From Meyerozyma guilliermondii (lineage: Eukaryota): DNA of 64,000 nucleotides. The DNA lies in contig CP128815.1 in NCBI GenBank assembly GCA_051546255.1, positions 1,240,001-1,304,000 on the forward strand. The letters run 5' to 3'. Positions 19,655-31,779 of this stretch are shown here, in pieces. The notes below the pieces were generated by a model, which saw only the letters and a list, made by a program, of their open reading frames with translations, made no database searches and was not told where the DNA came from. A program made the position numbers and the translations under genes. Position 1 is the first letter of the stretch; each line of letters starts with the position of its first letter.

Positions 19655-19938
19655 TGGATTTGCATAAAAATGTACTATTGTAGAACTATTAATTCACAAT
19701 TATTTTCAGTGTTCAGTTGACTATCTACAGGGTACTTGGTTGTCGTCTGCAGCAGCATGCACCTAATTTACCCAATTGGGAACAATTTCAACAATTGAAC
19801 ACACTTCCGGATGTGCTCAGTATCGAGGGCACGTGAGCGTTTCACCCTATTAGTCGCATTCCGAGGGCACTCGGTTAGTTTGTGCGTTGAGATCATATTC
19901 CATTCACTTTTCTAGTGGTCAATTGAAGGTCTTTTCTC

Positions 19939-22900
19939 ATGTCCTGGCAACCTACTGAAACTTTTCTACGGGGAAAGGTCATCAAACCTTTCCTTCCCTT
20001 TGAGAAACACCCCAATTTGACGAATGATCAGTTGAAAAATTTGTACCCTGGAGACGAAGTCTACATCTTTGAAAGAAAAGGTAGTCGGTGGGCTCGTGGA
20101 TATGCCTTATCCAAGCCTTTTCCCAACAATTTCACCATCACCTCTGTGAATTTGGATGAACTTCCTGGATTGGAAACCAGTATTGTGGTTTTTCCATTGA
20201 GTTACATCAGTGTTGTGGAAGAGGTTGCAATAGAACACGTTGAAGTGAGCAAACGCTACAACAATATTAGTGACAAGGATCAGATGCCTACTATCAAGGA
20301 TGCTGAATTGAACTATAAACTGGCTGTTGATGGAAATCTTTATGCTGATGATTCTCAATCGCTGAAACCGGCTCCACCAGCAATTCCAGTTCATTCTTTG
20401 GCCAGCAAGGCAAGTAATGGATTACTGGGAGAGATTAAGTATGCGCTTGTGTTGCTCACGTCGCACATCTTTGCTTTGTACTCGATTGGTGAATTTAGAT
20501 TGTTCAACAAATTGTCGGGAATTTACTACAGTTTATACCAAGCAAGACTCAAACTTCTTAATGGTATTTTGACCGATAATGAAGCAAAAGTAGCCAAGGA
20601 AACTGCTACTTTTCTTTTGGACAAGATTCCCAAGAAATTGGCTTCTAGAGCTGCCAGATTGAATGCCGTCAGTTATGACTTGGACAACCTGAATACTGAC
20701 ATTTCTGGCTACAAGGCCATTCTTTCTAGAGACACTACTTCTGGCGATTTGTTGTCCAACGACAACGCTCTTCCTTCCAGAATATCTTTGAACCAGGTAT
20801 TGTGTGCCTTAGCTGCAAACTTTCCTATCAATGCTCACAGCAATCTTCAACAGTATTCCTTAGATGCTCCAGTGAACAAACTTACCAAACATGAGCCACC
20901 TTCTCATATTTTGGTTGATTTCAAGTCAGTGTCAGGAAGTTCAGCATATCAGCCTCCAGGATTTGCTGGTATGATTGCTTACATGTACATTCGTAATTCG
21001 AAAAAGAGATTGACAGAAGCTTTTGCGGTTCATACTGACTCGGTTGATGATTTGGTACATGTTGAGAAGATTTCTGCTGCTTTGTTCCGTAACATTCCAG
21101 CAAGTGAAGTGGAGAACGGTAGGGTTTACCTTGTGGCTGTTTTGACGGAAGAAATAGATTTGAACATTAAAGAGAGCAACAACATGCCGCAGATCAAAAG
21201 AGTCAAGAAGGGTGTTGCAGCAGGTGTTACTGATATCACCCGAATCTTCTCTCGTAACCAAGGTTCTTTGACATCAGGTGAAGCCCACCAATTCACAATC
21301 AAGCTTTTCGGGTCATATATCAACCAGAGAAAGACCACTGGTAAGCCAGAAAGCGACAGTGCCGTGAACAATGGATGGGGAGAAGCCGTTGACCGTATCA
21401 TTGCCGGCTCTAACCATGGTATAGCCGTCAACCCTAGAGCTGAAAAATTGGTGGTTTCTGTTAAAGAGTTCAAGCATCAGTTCCACGGAAGCAGTAACTT
21501 TAACCCTGTGGGAAACAACACTCCTATTGCTAGAATCAAGCCCATCTTTTACGATCCATTGGCTGAAAATTACGAAAGAATTTACTTGAAAATTGGAAAG
21601 GTTTCTTTGTTGAGTAGCATCACTAAAGACGACTTATTGACGTTCGAAGTTAGCACTCCAAACAATGATATGATAGACTTTGCAAAAGCCTCAAATCAAC
21701 AGGAGAAACGTTCGTGGCAGTTTGTCTCGGTCTTTCCCAATGAATCTGTTGGAGAAATCGTCAAAGTTAATGGTGTTTCTTTGAAATCACCAAACAAAAA
21801 ACTTCCCAAGGACGACTACATTATTCTTTCTTTGTACGTCAATGGTGTTCTTGGTGGTGAAGGTAAGCTTCTCTACAAATCGGGTAACAGATTAGTTGAG
21901 TTCAACAAGAAGAAGAGCCACACCATTGAGATCATTTCAACCTACAACTTGCCTATGGCACAGGTGGAAGTATCTACCGAGTATATTGGAAAGGTCTACA
22001 ACTCTGATGTGTCTATTGATAATGTGTTTCTGTACGAGAGATTCTTCAAAGCGGGTGCAAAAGGAGTCGACGAGTTATCGGCGTCCCTTGTTTCATTTAC
22101 AAAGTTGGATCTTTCTCAATTATTAAAATACTTCCCTGAATTGACTACTTCACTTTTCACCATAGTGGATTATGCTACGAGACAACCAACCACTCCTGGT
22201 ATCGATATCCTACTTGACAATAACTTTAAAGCTATTGTTCATTTGCTCGATACACTTTTCGGCAAACAAGACCAGTACATGTACTTGATGAACAGGTTTT
22301 TTGCCAAGTATAAACGTATTCCACAAATGGGCCCTTTCCTTTTAAACAAAGCAGCAGAGGTATTTTCTAGAGCAGAAGCTAATTGGAATTCGTCTTCTCG
22401 TTCGATGTGTCGTGTGGTGCTGTTGCTTTTGAAAATTGCCATAGTATCAGTTGAAGGCTTGTCGGACATTGAACAGTATAAGCATGCATTGAATACCTTG
22501 TTCAAGTCGGTGGCATACTTTCTCTCTTCACAATCTCCAACATTGGTCAGCGACCAAGTCCTAATTTTGGACATGGTTGATTATGGATTATCGTTGGAGG
22601 AGCACTTGGGACATAAAGCAGTTTTGGACATCGTTGTGAACCTTATTGACTGTGTTGGAACTCGTGGACTAGGCGCAGACGAAGATGCTTTGCACAACCG
22701 TAAGACGACTGCTTCCAAGGATCATAGGATCATTATCAGTAAGCTCCTATTGATCAATCGTTTGTTCCTGTCAGCTTTGGTGGAAGATCCCGCTACAAGA
22801 AAGACCTTGATATCAAAGTCTGTTGTTTGGTCAATGGAAGTTTTGTTGGGTCCTCTCGATTTTGAAGCTTCAAGACTTGCAGCTACCGTTTTAAATGCGG

Positions 22901-25641
22901 TTTGTACAACTATTTGGAACTCATTGAGTAAGCAGGATCAATCCGATATTGACTTGAGCTTCTCACTTTGTAAATTGTTGCCTGCCATTGCAAGAACGGT
23001 CATCAGATACAATAAATTTGCCAGAGGAAATGAGTACTTCAAGCCAAAAAGAACGTTTACCTACTTATTTCAATCAGAGTATCCATTTCAAGAACACTCT
23101 CTTGACTCGGTTGTGAACGACGAGGTCCTTGTTGAAATCTTGGTTGAGTTATCAACCATCTTTACTTTCATTGCAAAAATTGGTAAAACAACCGCAGGAA
23201 ATGAAGGTTATGTTGAGGTTTTGAATACTCAAATTCCTGACGATTTCTTTGATCCATCCAAGTATCTTGCAAAAAATTTCCAAGGAGAGGACATCATAAC
23301 TCTTATTTCTGGGGCCAAGTTGATAATGCGAGGTAAATTCTTCCCCGAAGACAAATGGCTTTCGTTGTACGCAATGCTCACAGAAGGATGCTTGACGGCA
23401 TTGGAGCTCGTGAGACCATTGCTTTTGAGCCACTATATACCTCCTGTCGATGAATCCGAACAATTTGACAGAGTTATCTGGGGAAACTATTTGAAGGCAT
23501 TGTTGAGAATAGGCACCATGGCCCCAGTCGCAGTTGAACATCTTTCAGAAGTGCCTAAGAAAGCTTGTATTCAATTGACTGGAACTGTTAGAGATCGGGC
23601 TGCATTCTTGGTCAATGAGGCATGGGACTCCTTGGCTTGGGATGCTGTAGAGGAAGATGAATTAAGATTTAACTTGACGAAATTCGGAGGGTATCAGGTT
23701 GAGTTTATTTCCAACGATTATGCCATCTTACAGGATCTTATGCTATTTGCCTTGCAGAAGAATGCTGAATGTCAAAGGGTCAGTGTTAAGATCTTGTGGT
23801 CCATTCTCGTTTCAGAGTTCATTTTAAGTGATTCCATCATTGACGTTGAAAGAGAGTGTCTCGTTGGATTGCATGACATCTATAATCGAAACGCTTATAA
23901 GCCATCGCCTGTTGAACAAGAAGCCTTTATCGACTTGTTGAAGGCAACTATCCGGTTAGATCGTGAAGATGAAGCTTTCTCCATGTTTTACAACTTCATA
24001 GAGAGTTTGGCTGGATTCTTGGTGGTTTTGAACGACTTGAATAGTGTTCCAGTTGGTCCCGAATTTGAAGACGACAGAACATTCCACAGGTTGAATATCA
24101 ATGCTTACCTCAAAAATGCAAACAAGCCAGAGCTCTTCAATTCTTTCATTAATACCATGTACGAGGGCCATTTGAGCAAGGGCGATTATATCCAAGCTGC
24201 TTTGAGTTTAGAGCTTTATGCCTCCACATTTAGTTGGGATCATAATGTCATCCTTCCACCAAGTTTTAGACCCAAATTTCCTCAACAAACATCGTTTGAG
24301 AGAAAAGAAATGCTTTATAAGATGATTGCAACCAACTACATCAAGGGAAACAGTTTGGAGAGAGCCACTGACACATACAATGAATTGTTGGATTCCTACA
24401 ACGAACATACTTATGACTTGAAGAGTTTCGCTTATGTTCACAACAAATTGGCGAAGTTGTATTTGGATTTGGAATCTTCAGACAAGTTGAGTCCCGCCTT
24501 CTTTAGAGTAGCATTCATTGGCGCTGGCTTCCCAACAAACATTAGAGGAAAAGAGCAAATTTATGAGGGATTACCCTTCGAGCATATTACATCCATTCAT
24601 GAACGTTTGCTAAGACTTTATCCCGGAGCAAGAATCATTTCAGACGATGCCGAAGCCTCTAAGTTGAAAGAGAAGGTTCAAACAGGACGGTACTTGCATG
24701 TTAGCACCGTTGAACCGGTTAGTGAAATTTCGGAGAAATTGTTGAATACGTCCATTGGTGTGAGACAATATGCTCGTAACAAGGATTTGAGATTCTTTAC
24801 CACAATGAAAAAAATTCCTGGATCGACATCCATTTTTGATATGTGGACAGAAGAAACCACCTATGAGACACACCTTTCTTTCCCAACCTTGATGAACAGA
24901 AGTGACATTAAGAGCACAAAGGTGGTGAAGTTGTCTCCATTAGACAATGCCATCAGAACTGTTATCAACAAGAATAACGACTTGGTACAGCTCGAAAGTA
25001 TCATTGGAATAGCATTCAAGGAAAAAACAGAAATCAACTCACTGCTCAATGACTTGTCAAGACAGTTGGCCGGTACCGTTGACTCTCCAGTTAATGGAGG
25101 TGTTGGTCAATACAGAACTTTCTTCGTAGACCCAAGCTTCCAAAAGGAAGAGTATAAGGACAAGATCAGGTTATTGAAGAGTACTTTCTCAGATTTGACG
25201 ATGATTTTGAACCGTTGTTTAATACTTCATGGCAAACTTGCATCTCCGTCGTTGAGAAATTCACACGACGCTTTAGTTGAATTGTTCAAGAAGAACTTTA
25301 AGGAGGAGATTGAGGCGTTGAAATTGAACCCAGATTCCGATGCTGCAAGTATTACTCAAAGTACTCATCAGAGTACCTACGCTCCATCACTTTCGCTGAC
25401 CTTAGCTGAAAAGCGGTCTCTGTCAAGTGTCAACGGAGCATCTTTCCAGCCTCCCAACGGTTCACGCTTGACCAAGACTGTCAGTAGAGCATCATCTTCA
25501 AACTCAAGCGCTAGTGGCATTTCGGGAATCTCTTCCGAGAGAGCTTCGACTACTAACAACTCGTCAATGAGCGGATTCAGTTTTGGTAGAGGAAAGCGTA
25601 CTGCGTTGAATTGGAGAAACATGGTAAACAGGGGGCCATGA
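19939..25641 (+). CDS. DCK1: DOCK-family Rac GEF (SH3, C2/DHR-1, DHR-2)
   Basis: N-terminal SH3 ('LYPGDEVYIFE...WARGY...VFPLSYI'); DHR-2 motifs 'FFRVAFIGAGFP', 'LSPLDNAI', 'LAGTVDSPVNGGVGQYR'. Confidence 0.92.
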   Translation: MSWQPTETFLRGKVIKPFLPFEKHPNLTNDQLKNLYPGDEVYIFERKGSRWARGYALSKPFPNNFTITSVNLDELPGLETSIVVFPLSYISVVEEVAIEHVEVSKRYNNISDKDQMPTIKDAELNYKLAVDGNLYADDSQSLKPAPPAIPVHSLASKASNGLLGEIKYALVLLTSHIFALYSIGEFRLFNKLSGIYYSLYQARLKLLNGILTDNEAKVAKETATFLLDKIPKKLASRAARLNAVSYDLDNLNTDISGYKAILSRDTTSGDLLSNDNALPSRISLNQVLCALAANFPINAHSNLQQYSLDAPVNKLTKHEPPSHILVDFKSVSGSSAYQPPGFAGMIAYMYIRNSKKRLTEAFAVHTDSVDDLVHVEKISAALFRNIPASEVENGRVYLVAVLTEEIDLNIKESNNMPQIKRVKKGVAAGVTDITRIFSRNQGSLTSGEAHQFTIKLFGSYINQRKTTGKPESDSAVNNGWGEAVDRIIAGSNHGIAVNPRAEKLVVSVKEFKHQFHGSSNFNPVGNNTPIARIKPIFYDPLAENYERIYLKIGKVSLLSSITKDDLLTFEVSTPNNDMIDFAKASNQQEKRSWQFVSVFPNESVGEIVKVNGVSLKSPNKKLPKDDYIILSLYVNGVLGGEGKLLYKSGNRLVEFNKKKSHTIEIISTYNLPMAQVEVSTEYIGKVYNSDVSIDNVFLYERFFKAGAKGVDELSASLVSFTKLDLSQLLKYFPELTTSLFTIVDYATRQPTTPGIDILLDNNFKAIVHLLDTLFGKQDQYMYLMNRFFAKYKRIPQMGPFLLNKAAEVFSRAEANWNSSSRSMCRVVLLLLKIAIVSVEGLSDIEQYKHALNTLFKSVAYFLSSQSPTLVSDQVLILDMVDYGLSLEEHLGHKAVLDIVVNLIDCVGTRGLGADEDALHNRKTTASKDHRIIISKLLLINRLFLSALVEDPATRKTLISKSVVWSMEVLLGPLDFEASRLAATVLNAVCTTIWNSLSKQDQSDIDLSFSLCKLLPAIARTVIRYNKFARGNEYFKPKRTFTYLFQSEYPFQEHSLDSVVNDEVLVEILVELSTIFTFIAKIGKTTAGNEGYVEVLNTQIPDDFFDPSKYLAKNFQGEDIITLISGAKLIMRGKFFPEDKWLSLYAMLTEGCLTALELVRPLLLSHYIPPVDESEQFDRVIWGNYLKALLRIGTMAPVAVEHLSEVPKKACIQLTGTVRDRAAFLVNEAWDSLAWDAVEEDELRFNLTKFGGYQVEFISNDYAILQDLMLFALQKNAECQRVSVKILWSILVSEFILSDSIIDVERECLVGLHDIYNRNAYKPSPVEQEAFIDLLKATIRLDREDEAFSMFYNFIESLAGFLVVLNDLNSVPVGPEFEDDRTFHRLNINAYLKNANKPELFNSFINTMYEGHLSKGDYIQAALSLELYASTFSWDHNVILPPSFRPKFPQQTSFERKEMLYKMIATNYIKGNSLERATDTYNELLDSYNEHTYDLKSFAYVHNKLAKLYLDLESSDKLSPAFFRVAFIGAGFPTNIRGKEQIYEGLPFEHITSIHERLLRLYPGARIISDDAEASKLKEKVQTGRYLHVSTVEPVSEISEKLLNTSIGVRQYARNKDLRFFTTMKKIPGSTSIFDMWTEETTYETHLSFPTLMNRSDIKSTKVVKLSPLDNAIRTVINKNNDLVQLESIIGIAFKEKTEINSLLNDLSRQLAGTVDSPVNGGVGQYRTFFVDPSFQKEEYKDKIRLLKSTFSDLTMILNRCLILHGKLASPSLRNSHDALVELFKKNFKEEIEALKLNPDSDAASITQSTHQSTYAPSLSLTLAEKRSLSSVNGASFQPPNGSRLTKTVSRASSSNSSASGISGISSERASTTNNSSMSGFSFGRGKRTALNWRNMVNRGP

Positions 25642-25812
25642 AGTGGCGGTGAAGAGCTTTGTTTGACTACATATGTGAATTAAAACAAGATTGTCCGTAC
25701 TATAGGAAATTTGCACCCACTAAAAACGGCACTCTGCAGGATAGTCGTGCGCACAACGATTACAATTGGGATTCAAATCAAATTTACTGGACAATCACAA
25801 TTCACGATCACC

Positions 25813-26157
25813 ATGTTGAGAAATTTTATGCGTAGCAGCCGTGTTTTGGCTAGAACTCCAGTCGTCACCAGAGCATGGACCCCAGTTAGATTCTATGCTG
25901 CTCCTCCAATCTCAAAGGATGAGGTTACCAACCGTGCCTTTGAAGCGTTGAAGACCGTCGCTGCCTTGCAAGAGTCTAAACTTGACTTGAATGCTTCTTT
26001 CCAAAAGGACTTGGGCTTGGACTCCTTGGACACCGTAGAAGCTCTTGTTGCTTTAGAGGAGGAGTTTGATTTGGAAATCCCTGACAAGATCTCTGACGAG
26101 ATTAAGACCGTTGGAGAGGCCATCGACTACATCTACGAAGAGGAGAGAAAGTTATAA
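25813..26157 (+). CDS. ACP1: Mitochondrial acyl carrier protein
   Basis: Arg-rich presequence from ATG 25813; phosphopantetheine site '[11 protein letters not shown]'; adjacent to SDS22 as in S. cerevisiae. ACP1 versus ACP12 paralogue uncertain. Confidence 0.85.
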   Translation: MLRNFMRSSRVLARTPVVTRAWTPVRFYAAPPISKDEVTNRAFEALKTVAALQESKLDLNASFQKDLGLDSLDTVEALVALEEEFDLEIPDKISDEIKTVGEAIDYIYEEERKL

Positions 26158-26486
26158 ACTATGTAAATAAGTAAGACGAGGATAGCATGGAACAATGGAC
26201 TAAAAGTCTGTGGTGCTTCCTTGGTCTCAATGTATAAGCTTTGCTAGAAAATGTAGTTAGTATTGATGAAAGGCAATGACCAAAATAAAGCCAGAAGCCC
26301 AAAATTAAAAATCAAGTTGCAACAACTCATAGCCATTGAATTTTCACTGAAAGCAGTTATAACTTGTTATTCATATTTTGTCTACGCTTGACTAATACTT
26401 ATTCGGCACCATTGACTGCACTGACCATACCTCATTGCCGCACGTGACGACTCTTTAAATAATCGACCCTTGTATAATCCTCATTG

Positions 26487-27611
26487 ATGATTGCCGCCGA
26501 AAACAGTGACGAACAACGCCGTGGTGCTGCCGATACTGAAGCAGTAGACAGTACCGCTGAAAGACTCGAACATGCTGCATTGTCCTCGGGTACTGATGAA
26601 GAACTTGAGGAAGATGAAGAAGACGAAAACGAAAGAAGCGAACCAGTAGAGTATCCTGGTACTGTTGTTCCAGATCCGGATGTCCAGGAGATCGAAGCCG
26701 ACAGCGATTTGGCTCGAGAATACAATTCTGACTCTGAATACATTGATTTAATTCATCTAAAGATCCAGTCTTTGGATGACTTGGATCTTGCTCGCTTTAC
26801 TAAGCTTCAGTCACTCTGCTTACGACAAAACCTCGTAACGTCAATGACCGGCGTTAAAGATTTACCGGACACCATGGAGGATTTGGACTTCTACGACAAC
26901 CGCATCAATCACATTTCCAGCAATATAAGTAAACTTGTCAATTTGAAGAGCCTAGATCTCTCGTTCAATAAAATCAAGAACATCAAAAATATCGAGGCAC
27001 TTACGCAATTGGAGAACTTGTACTTTGTTCAAAACAAAATTCGAGAAATCAAAAACTTGGACACTCTCAAAAGTTTGAAGAACCTTGAATTGGGTGGAAA
27101 TAAGATAGAAGAGATTAATGAGGGCTTGCATCAACTTCAATCTCTTACCCAGCTCTGGCTAGGAAAGAACCGCATACATAAGCTTCAAAATCTTTCGAGC
27201 CTCACTAATTTGAGAGTACTATCTATTCAATCAAACCGGATCACAAAGATCGAGGGGTTGGAAATGTTGGTGAATTTGGAAGAACTCTACTTGTCGCACA
27301 ATGGTATCGCAAAAATTGAGAACTTGGACAACAATAAGAATCTTCAAGTTCTTGACATGACATCAAACAAACTCACCAGTCTCGACAATTTGAGTCATCT
27401 CACAAAGTTGACAGACTTCTGGTGTTCATACAACCAAATCTCAGATTTCGAACAAATCCGCAGAGAACTAGGAAAGCTTCCAGAGTTGGACACCGTCTAT
27501 TTTGAAGGAAACCCTATCCAACGTGAAAATCCAACTGCTTATAGAAGAAAGATACGCCTCAATCTTGGCTCATCATTGACAAAGATTGACGCTACTTATG
27601 TCACAAGTTAA
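26487..27611 (+). CDS. SDS22: PP1 regulatory subunit Sds22 (leucine-rich repeats)
   Basis: Tandem 22-aa LRRs ('LCLRQNL', 'LELGGNKI', 'LSIQSNRITKIEGL'), LRR cap 'VYFEGNP...YRRK...IDATY'. Confidence 0.95.
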   Translation: MIAAENSDEQRRGAADTEAVDSTAERLEHAALSSGTDEELEEDEEDENERSEPVEYPGTVVPDPDVQEIEADSDLAREYNSDSEYIDLIHLKIQSLDDLDLARFTKLQSLCLRQNLVTSMTGVKDLPDTMEDLDFYDNRINHISSNISKLVNLKSLDLSFNKIKNIKNIEALTQLENLYFVQNKIREIKNLDTLKSLKNLELGGNKIEEINEGLHQLQSLTQLWLGKNRIHKLQNLSSLTNLRVLSIQSNRITKIEGLEMLVNLEELYLSHNGIAKIENLDNNKNLQVLDMTSNKLTSLDNLSHLTKLTDFWCSYNQISDFEQIRRELGKLPELDTVYFEGNPIQRENPTAYRRKIRLNLGSSLTKIDATYVTS

Positions 27612-27732
27612 ATTTCAGACTATAATGCGTGGAGTTGAAATCGGTTCAGATATAATTCGAGATTTCCTCGATTAGATTAAATACGATTAATGAAGTGATC
27701 TAACGAACTACACCCAAAGCACAGAGATGTAT

Positions 27733-28812
27733 CTATTCTAGATTATTATCTTCGGTCTTGTAATTGTCAAGGACAATTCTGTAGATGAAGGAGGGAGCAA
27801 AGCCTCCTATGTTTGTGATGTAGATGTCGATATTCTCAGGAGGAATATAATCGTCCAATTGATTTGAGACCAATTCAACATTGTCAACAAGTTTGAAATC
27901 ATCGTAGTTGAGCACCTGCCCCGAGTTCCCCACCTCTATCAAATCATTACGACTGAAGGGATATAATGGCGATAACTTGTATAATCCAGCCACAGCGAAT
28001 ACCGGGGTCTTGTGTTCCTTGGCACATTCCACGACATTGGCCACACCTGAATTTGACATGCAACCACCGTTGGCAAATACCGACTTGGAACCCACAATCA
28101 CCTTACCTACTCTAGACATGACTGCAAACGTAGTCGAGTCAGGAACAAGAATTGTGTCTATTTTGTTGTCAACCAATGCCTTGACGAACTTGTGAGCTTT
28201 CTTAATGTCATTGGGATAGTTTTCAGTTACGAGCACCGTGAACGTTCTCTTAGCTCTCGCCTTGATGAGAAATTCCAAGACTGTATCAGATGACGGCGTA
28301 GGGGTCAATAAAATTTCATTATCGTGAATCAAATCCCATGCCATGGTTTCGAGATTCTCGTTCACTGCCGAAATTTCATCTACTAAATCTCGAATACCAT
28401 GTATAATGATAGACCTGAGATCACTGTTCTGTTTTTTGGATACTTGGGACACTGCCAGCTTTTTATTCAGATTCGTTGACAATAAACTGAACATGGAGCT
28501 CATCATTGGGGTGCTCTCAGAATTGTCAGTTTCAATTTCATCCCTGATCAATGCAAGCACACGTCTGATAATGTTACCAGTAATTATTTCCTTTGAACGT
28601 GCACCAATAATCACCTTACCAGTCTTTCGAATCAAATCTATCAAGTCATGGGGGTCGGACCAACGAGCAGCTGAGATCACTCGCATAAGTAGCTGTGCTA
28701 CCGCCAAGGCTATTTCTCTGTCACCTTCTATTTGGTGTCTTTTAAGCTTGAGAACGAAAGGGTCCACTAACTTTTGTATTTCCGGCCCTATAGCAACATC
28801 GGGTGTTGACAT
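27733..28812 (-). CDS. GCD7: eIF2B beta subunit
   Basis: 'GNIIRRVLALIRDE', 'IHDNEILLT', 'FAVMSRVGKVIVG', 'AVAGLYKLSP', 'PSFIYRIVLDNY'. Confidence 0.93.
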   Translation of the reverse strand: MSTPDVAIGPEIQKLVDPFVLKLKRHQIEGDREIALAVAQLLMRVISAARWSDPHDLIDLIRKTGKVIIGARSKEIITGNIIRRVLALIRDEIETDNSESTPMMSSMFSLLSTNLNKKLAVSQVSKKQNSDLRSIIIHGIRDLVDEISAVNENLETMAWDLIHDNEILLTPTPSSDTVLEFLIKARAKRTFTVLVTENYPNDIKKAHKFVKALVDNKIDTILVPDSTTFAVMSRVGKVIVGSKSVFANGGCMSNSGVANVVECAKEHKTPVFAVAGLYKLSPLYPFSRNDLIEVGNSGQVLNYDDFKLVDNVELVSNQLDDYIPPENIDIYITNIGGFAPSFIYRIVLDNYKTEDNNLE

Positions 28813-29082
28813 TTTGGATAACGTATGGAGAAAATCAAGCTGTCAGACAAGAAGGCTCATCAGAAAATAGAGATGTGCTTATGTGCAGTACAACAGATTT
28901 CCATCACTTCGGAAGGTTTAAGTTGTAGTTCGTAGATGTTGGGTAAAGCTTAAATTATGATTGTAGGTGACTGTATCGTTCTCAAATTGAGCGGGATTCA
29001 ATTGACCTCGGGGTTTTTTTTTGGGTGCAAAACATGTTGACTATTTCGCACTCGCGAGCGTTTTCAAATCTCTTCACAGGTA

Positions 29083-30774
29083 ATGAATGTGTTCAATGAA
29101 GGGCTAGAGAAATGCTTATGGATGCTATACAAAGAAGCTGACTCTTTTGGTGCTTCAGCATCGTTAATACTGAGGTTGGCTGAAATGCTCAACTTTGACA
29201 CTTTTCTTGATGAAGATGCATACACTCATATTGTGGGGGAGCCACTTGTTGATAATAACAAGGAACGCATGAAATTCAAGAGGCTTTCAATTGCGGGATC
29301 GTTGATACTTCTCGATATAGATATCCTTACGGACACGAAAATTCTTCGTATTTCGCTTTCTCTGGCAAACCACCAAGGCGATGCTAAGGTTGGAAATTAT
29401 TATAAAATCATAAATTCTGGCGACACAAGCCGAATTGAAGTTAATTTTTCTCAAAACAACGAATCCTTCCTTGGCAAGAGTGCGAATCCCGAAAAGATAC
29501 TTTTGTCGAGTTTTGCCGATGACAAGCTTGGGAAGTTTCCCAGAAACTTAGCCTATATGGCTGACTTGGACAAATCATCAGGAGCTGGACCCGACCTTTT
29601 CTTGTACATAGACAAGTTGGCATTGGTTTTGAAAGCCATTCATGAGTATGAAAAAGAAAGAGATGCAACATGGGAGCTGCAAAATGGTTATGTGGGAAGC
29701 GTGGGAAGAGTCGCATTGAATAATGAAACTGATCTTCTATTGGGAGTCTTCTTACATTTTTGGCAAGATTGGCGATACATAAACCATCATAAAGCACCAG
29801 AAAGTGCGACCCCTGCATTTGGAAAGAACTACTATGCTTTGTTGCGTGTCAAACCTTCTACAAGCCTGAACGAATATTTGAATGATTCTTTAAAATGGCC
29901 GTTGCCAGATGGAAGCAAGTTGGACCTTGAGTTTGCCAACAATGATACTAAGGTGGACGAAGATTCCTCTCCGTGGATCCTATGCCTTGAGTTTAATGAG
30001 TCGATCCATCTTCCGCTCCAAATAGTTGAACTTTTGGAGGCAGTTGTCGCAGATGAGGGTTCAACATCGAGCGCAGCTTTCACAGCATTGAATAATCATG
30101 ACAGTTTCCACGGTAACATCAGCCTTGAAAATGGCACTTTCGTGGATACTCGTGTTGTTTCAGACCTTCCGTACCGTTTTATTCCTGCCAAAGTGGTAGA
30201 AATCAAGTCATTGAAGGTGATACCGAAATTGTTGTCACTCGCAAGAACATTTTTATTCGTTCAAAACCTTCTAGTGCTGTTCAACGAGGAATCATACTCT
30301 TGCATATCATCAGCAGCAACTGGGTTGCAAAATGGAGGATTAAATGACGATGCAAAACAAAAGCTTATCGATACATTACAGCTTCCTAATGATATCACGG
30401 ATCAAGAACTCTTGGGACTAAATGCTGTGACCGACAATAGTAATTTTTCCCACCATATGCAACCTTCCGAAAACCTTGATTTGGAATCTGTCATGGCTGA
30501 AGATGCTGGAGAGAGTGCTTCAATCAAAAAAGGCTTGAGTGTGACTTTTGAGGAAATTGATCTTACAAGTCTTAGCCTCCAAATCACTATCACAGGTTCG
30601 ATCGATGATGAAGGAAATACTTTGGAGAAACAATTCAGTGTACTGAATGGGAATGCCTTCTTGTCACAAAAGGGAGGTGATATGGAAATCGACGATGCCC
30701 CAATGGAAAAGTTCGTGAGAGCATTGAATGTTTCTGAGGATATCAAACGAAGTTTCAAATACTTATTAGAATGA
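29083..30774 (+). CDS. MED1: Mediator subunit Med1
   Basis: 'RLAEMLNFDTF', 'RLSIAGSLILLDID', 'F.RNL.Y.A.LD', 'VGRVALN' resemble the Med1 N-terminal domain. Confidence 0.75.
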   Translation: MNVFNEGLEKCLWMLYKEADSFGASASLILRLAEMLNFDTFLDEDAYTHIVGEPLVDNNKERMKFKRLSIAGSLILLDIDILTDTKILRISLSLANHQGDAKVGNYYKIINSGDTSRIEVNFSQNNESFLGKSANPEKILLSSFADDKLGKFPRNLAYMADLDKSSGAGPDLFLYIDKLALVLKAIHEYEKERDATWELQNGYVGSVGRVALNNETDLLLGVFLHFWQDWRYINHHKAPESATPAFGKNYYALLRVKPSTSLNEYLNDSLKWPLPDGSKLDLEFANNDTKVDEDSSPWILCLEFNESIHLPLQIVELLEAVVADEGSTSSAAFTALNNHDSFHGNISLENGTFVDTRVVSDLPYRFIPAKVVEIKSLKVIPKLLSLARTFLFVQNLLVLFNEESYSCISSAATGLQNGGLNDDAKQKLIDTLQLPNDITDQELLGLNAVTDNSNFSHHMQPSENLDLESVMAEDAGESASIKKGLSVTFEEIDLTSLSLQITITGSIDDEGNTLEKQFSVLNGNAFLSQKGGDMEIDDAPMEKFVRALNVSEDIKRSFKYLLE

Positions 30775-30810
30775 ATGATGGAGCCGTAAGTTTGTATATT
30801 ATTTACAGTA

Positions 30811-31770
<960 letters not shown>

Positions 31771-31779
31771 TTAAAAGAT

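Noticed and set aside
26264..26350. TGATGA...CTGA between ACP and SDS22
   Set aside because: No rRNA- or snRNA-complementary guide recognised.
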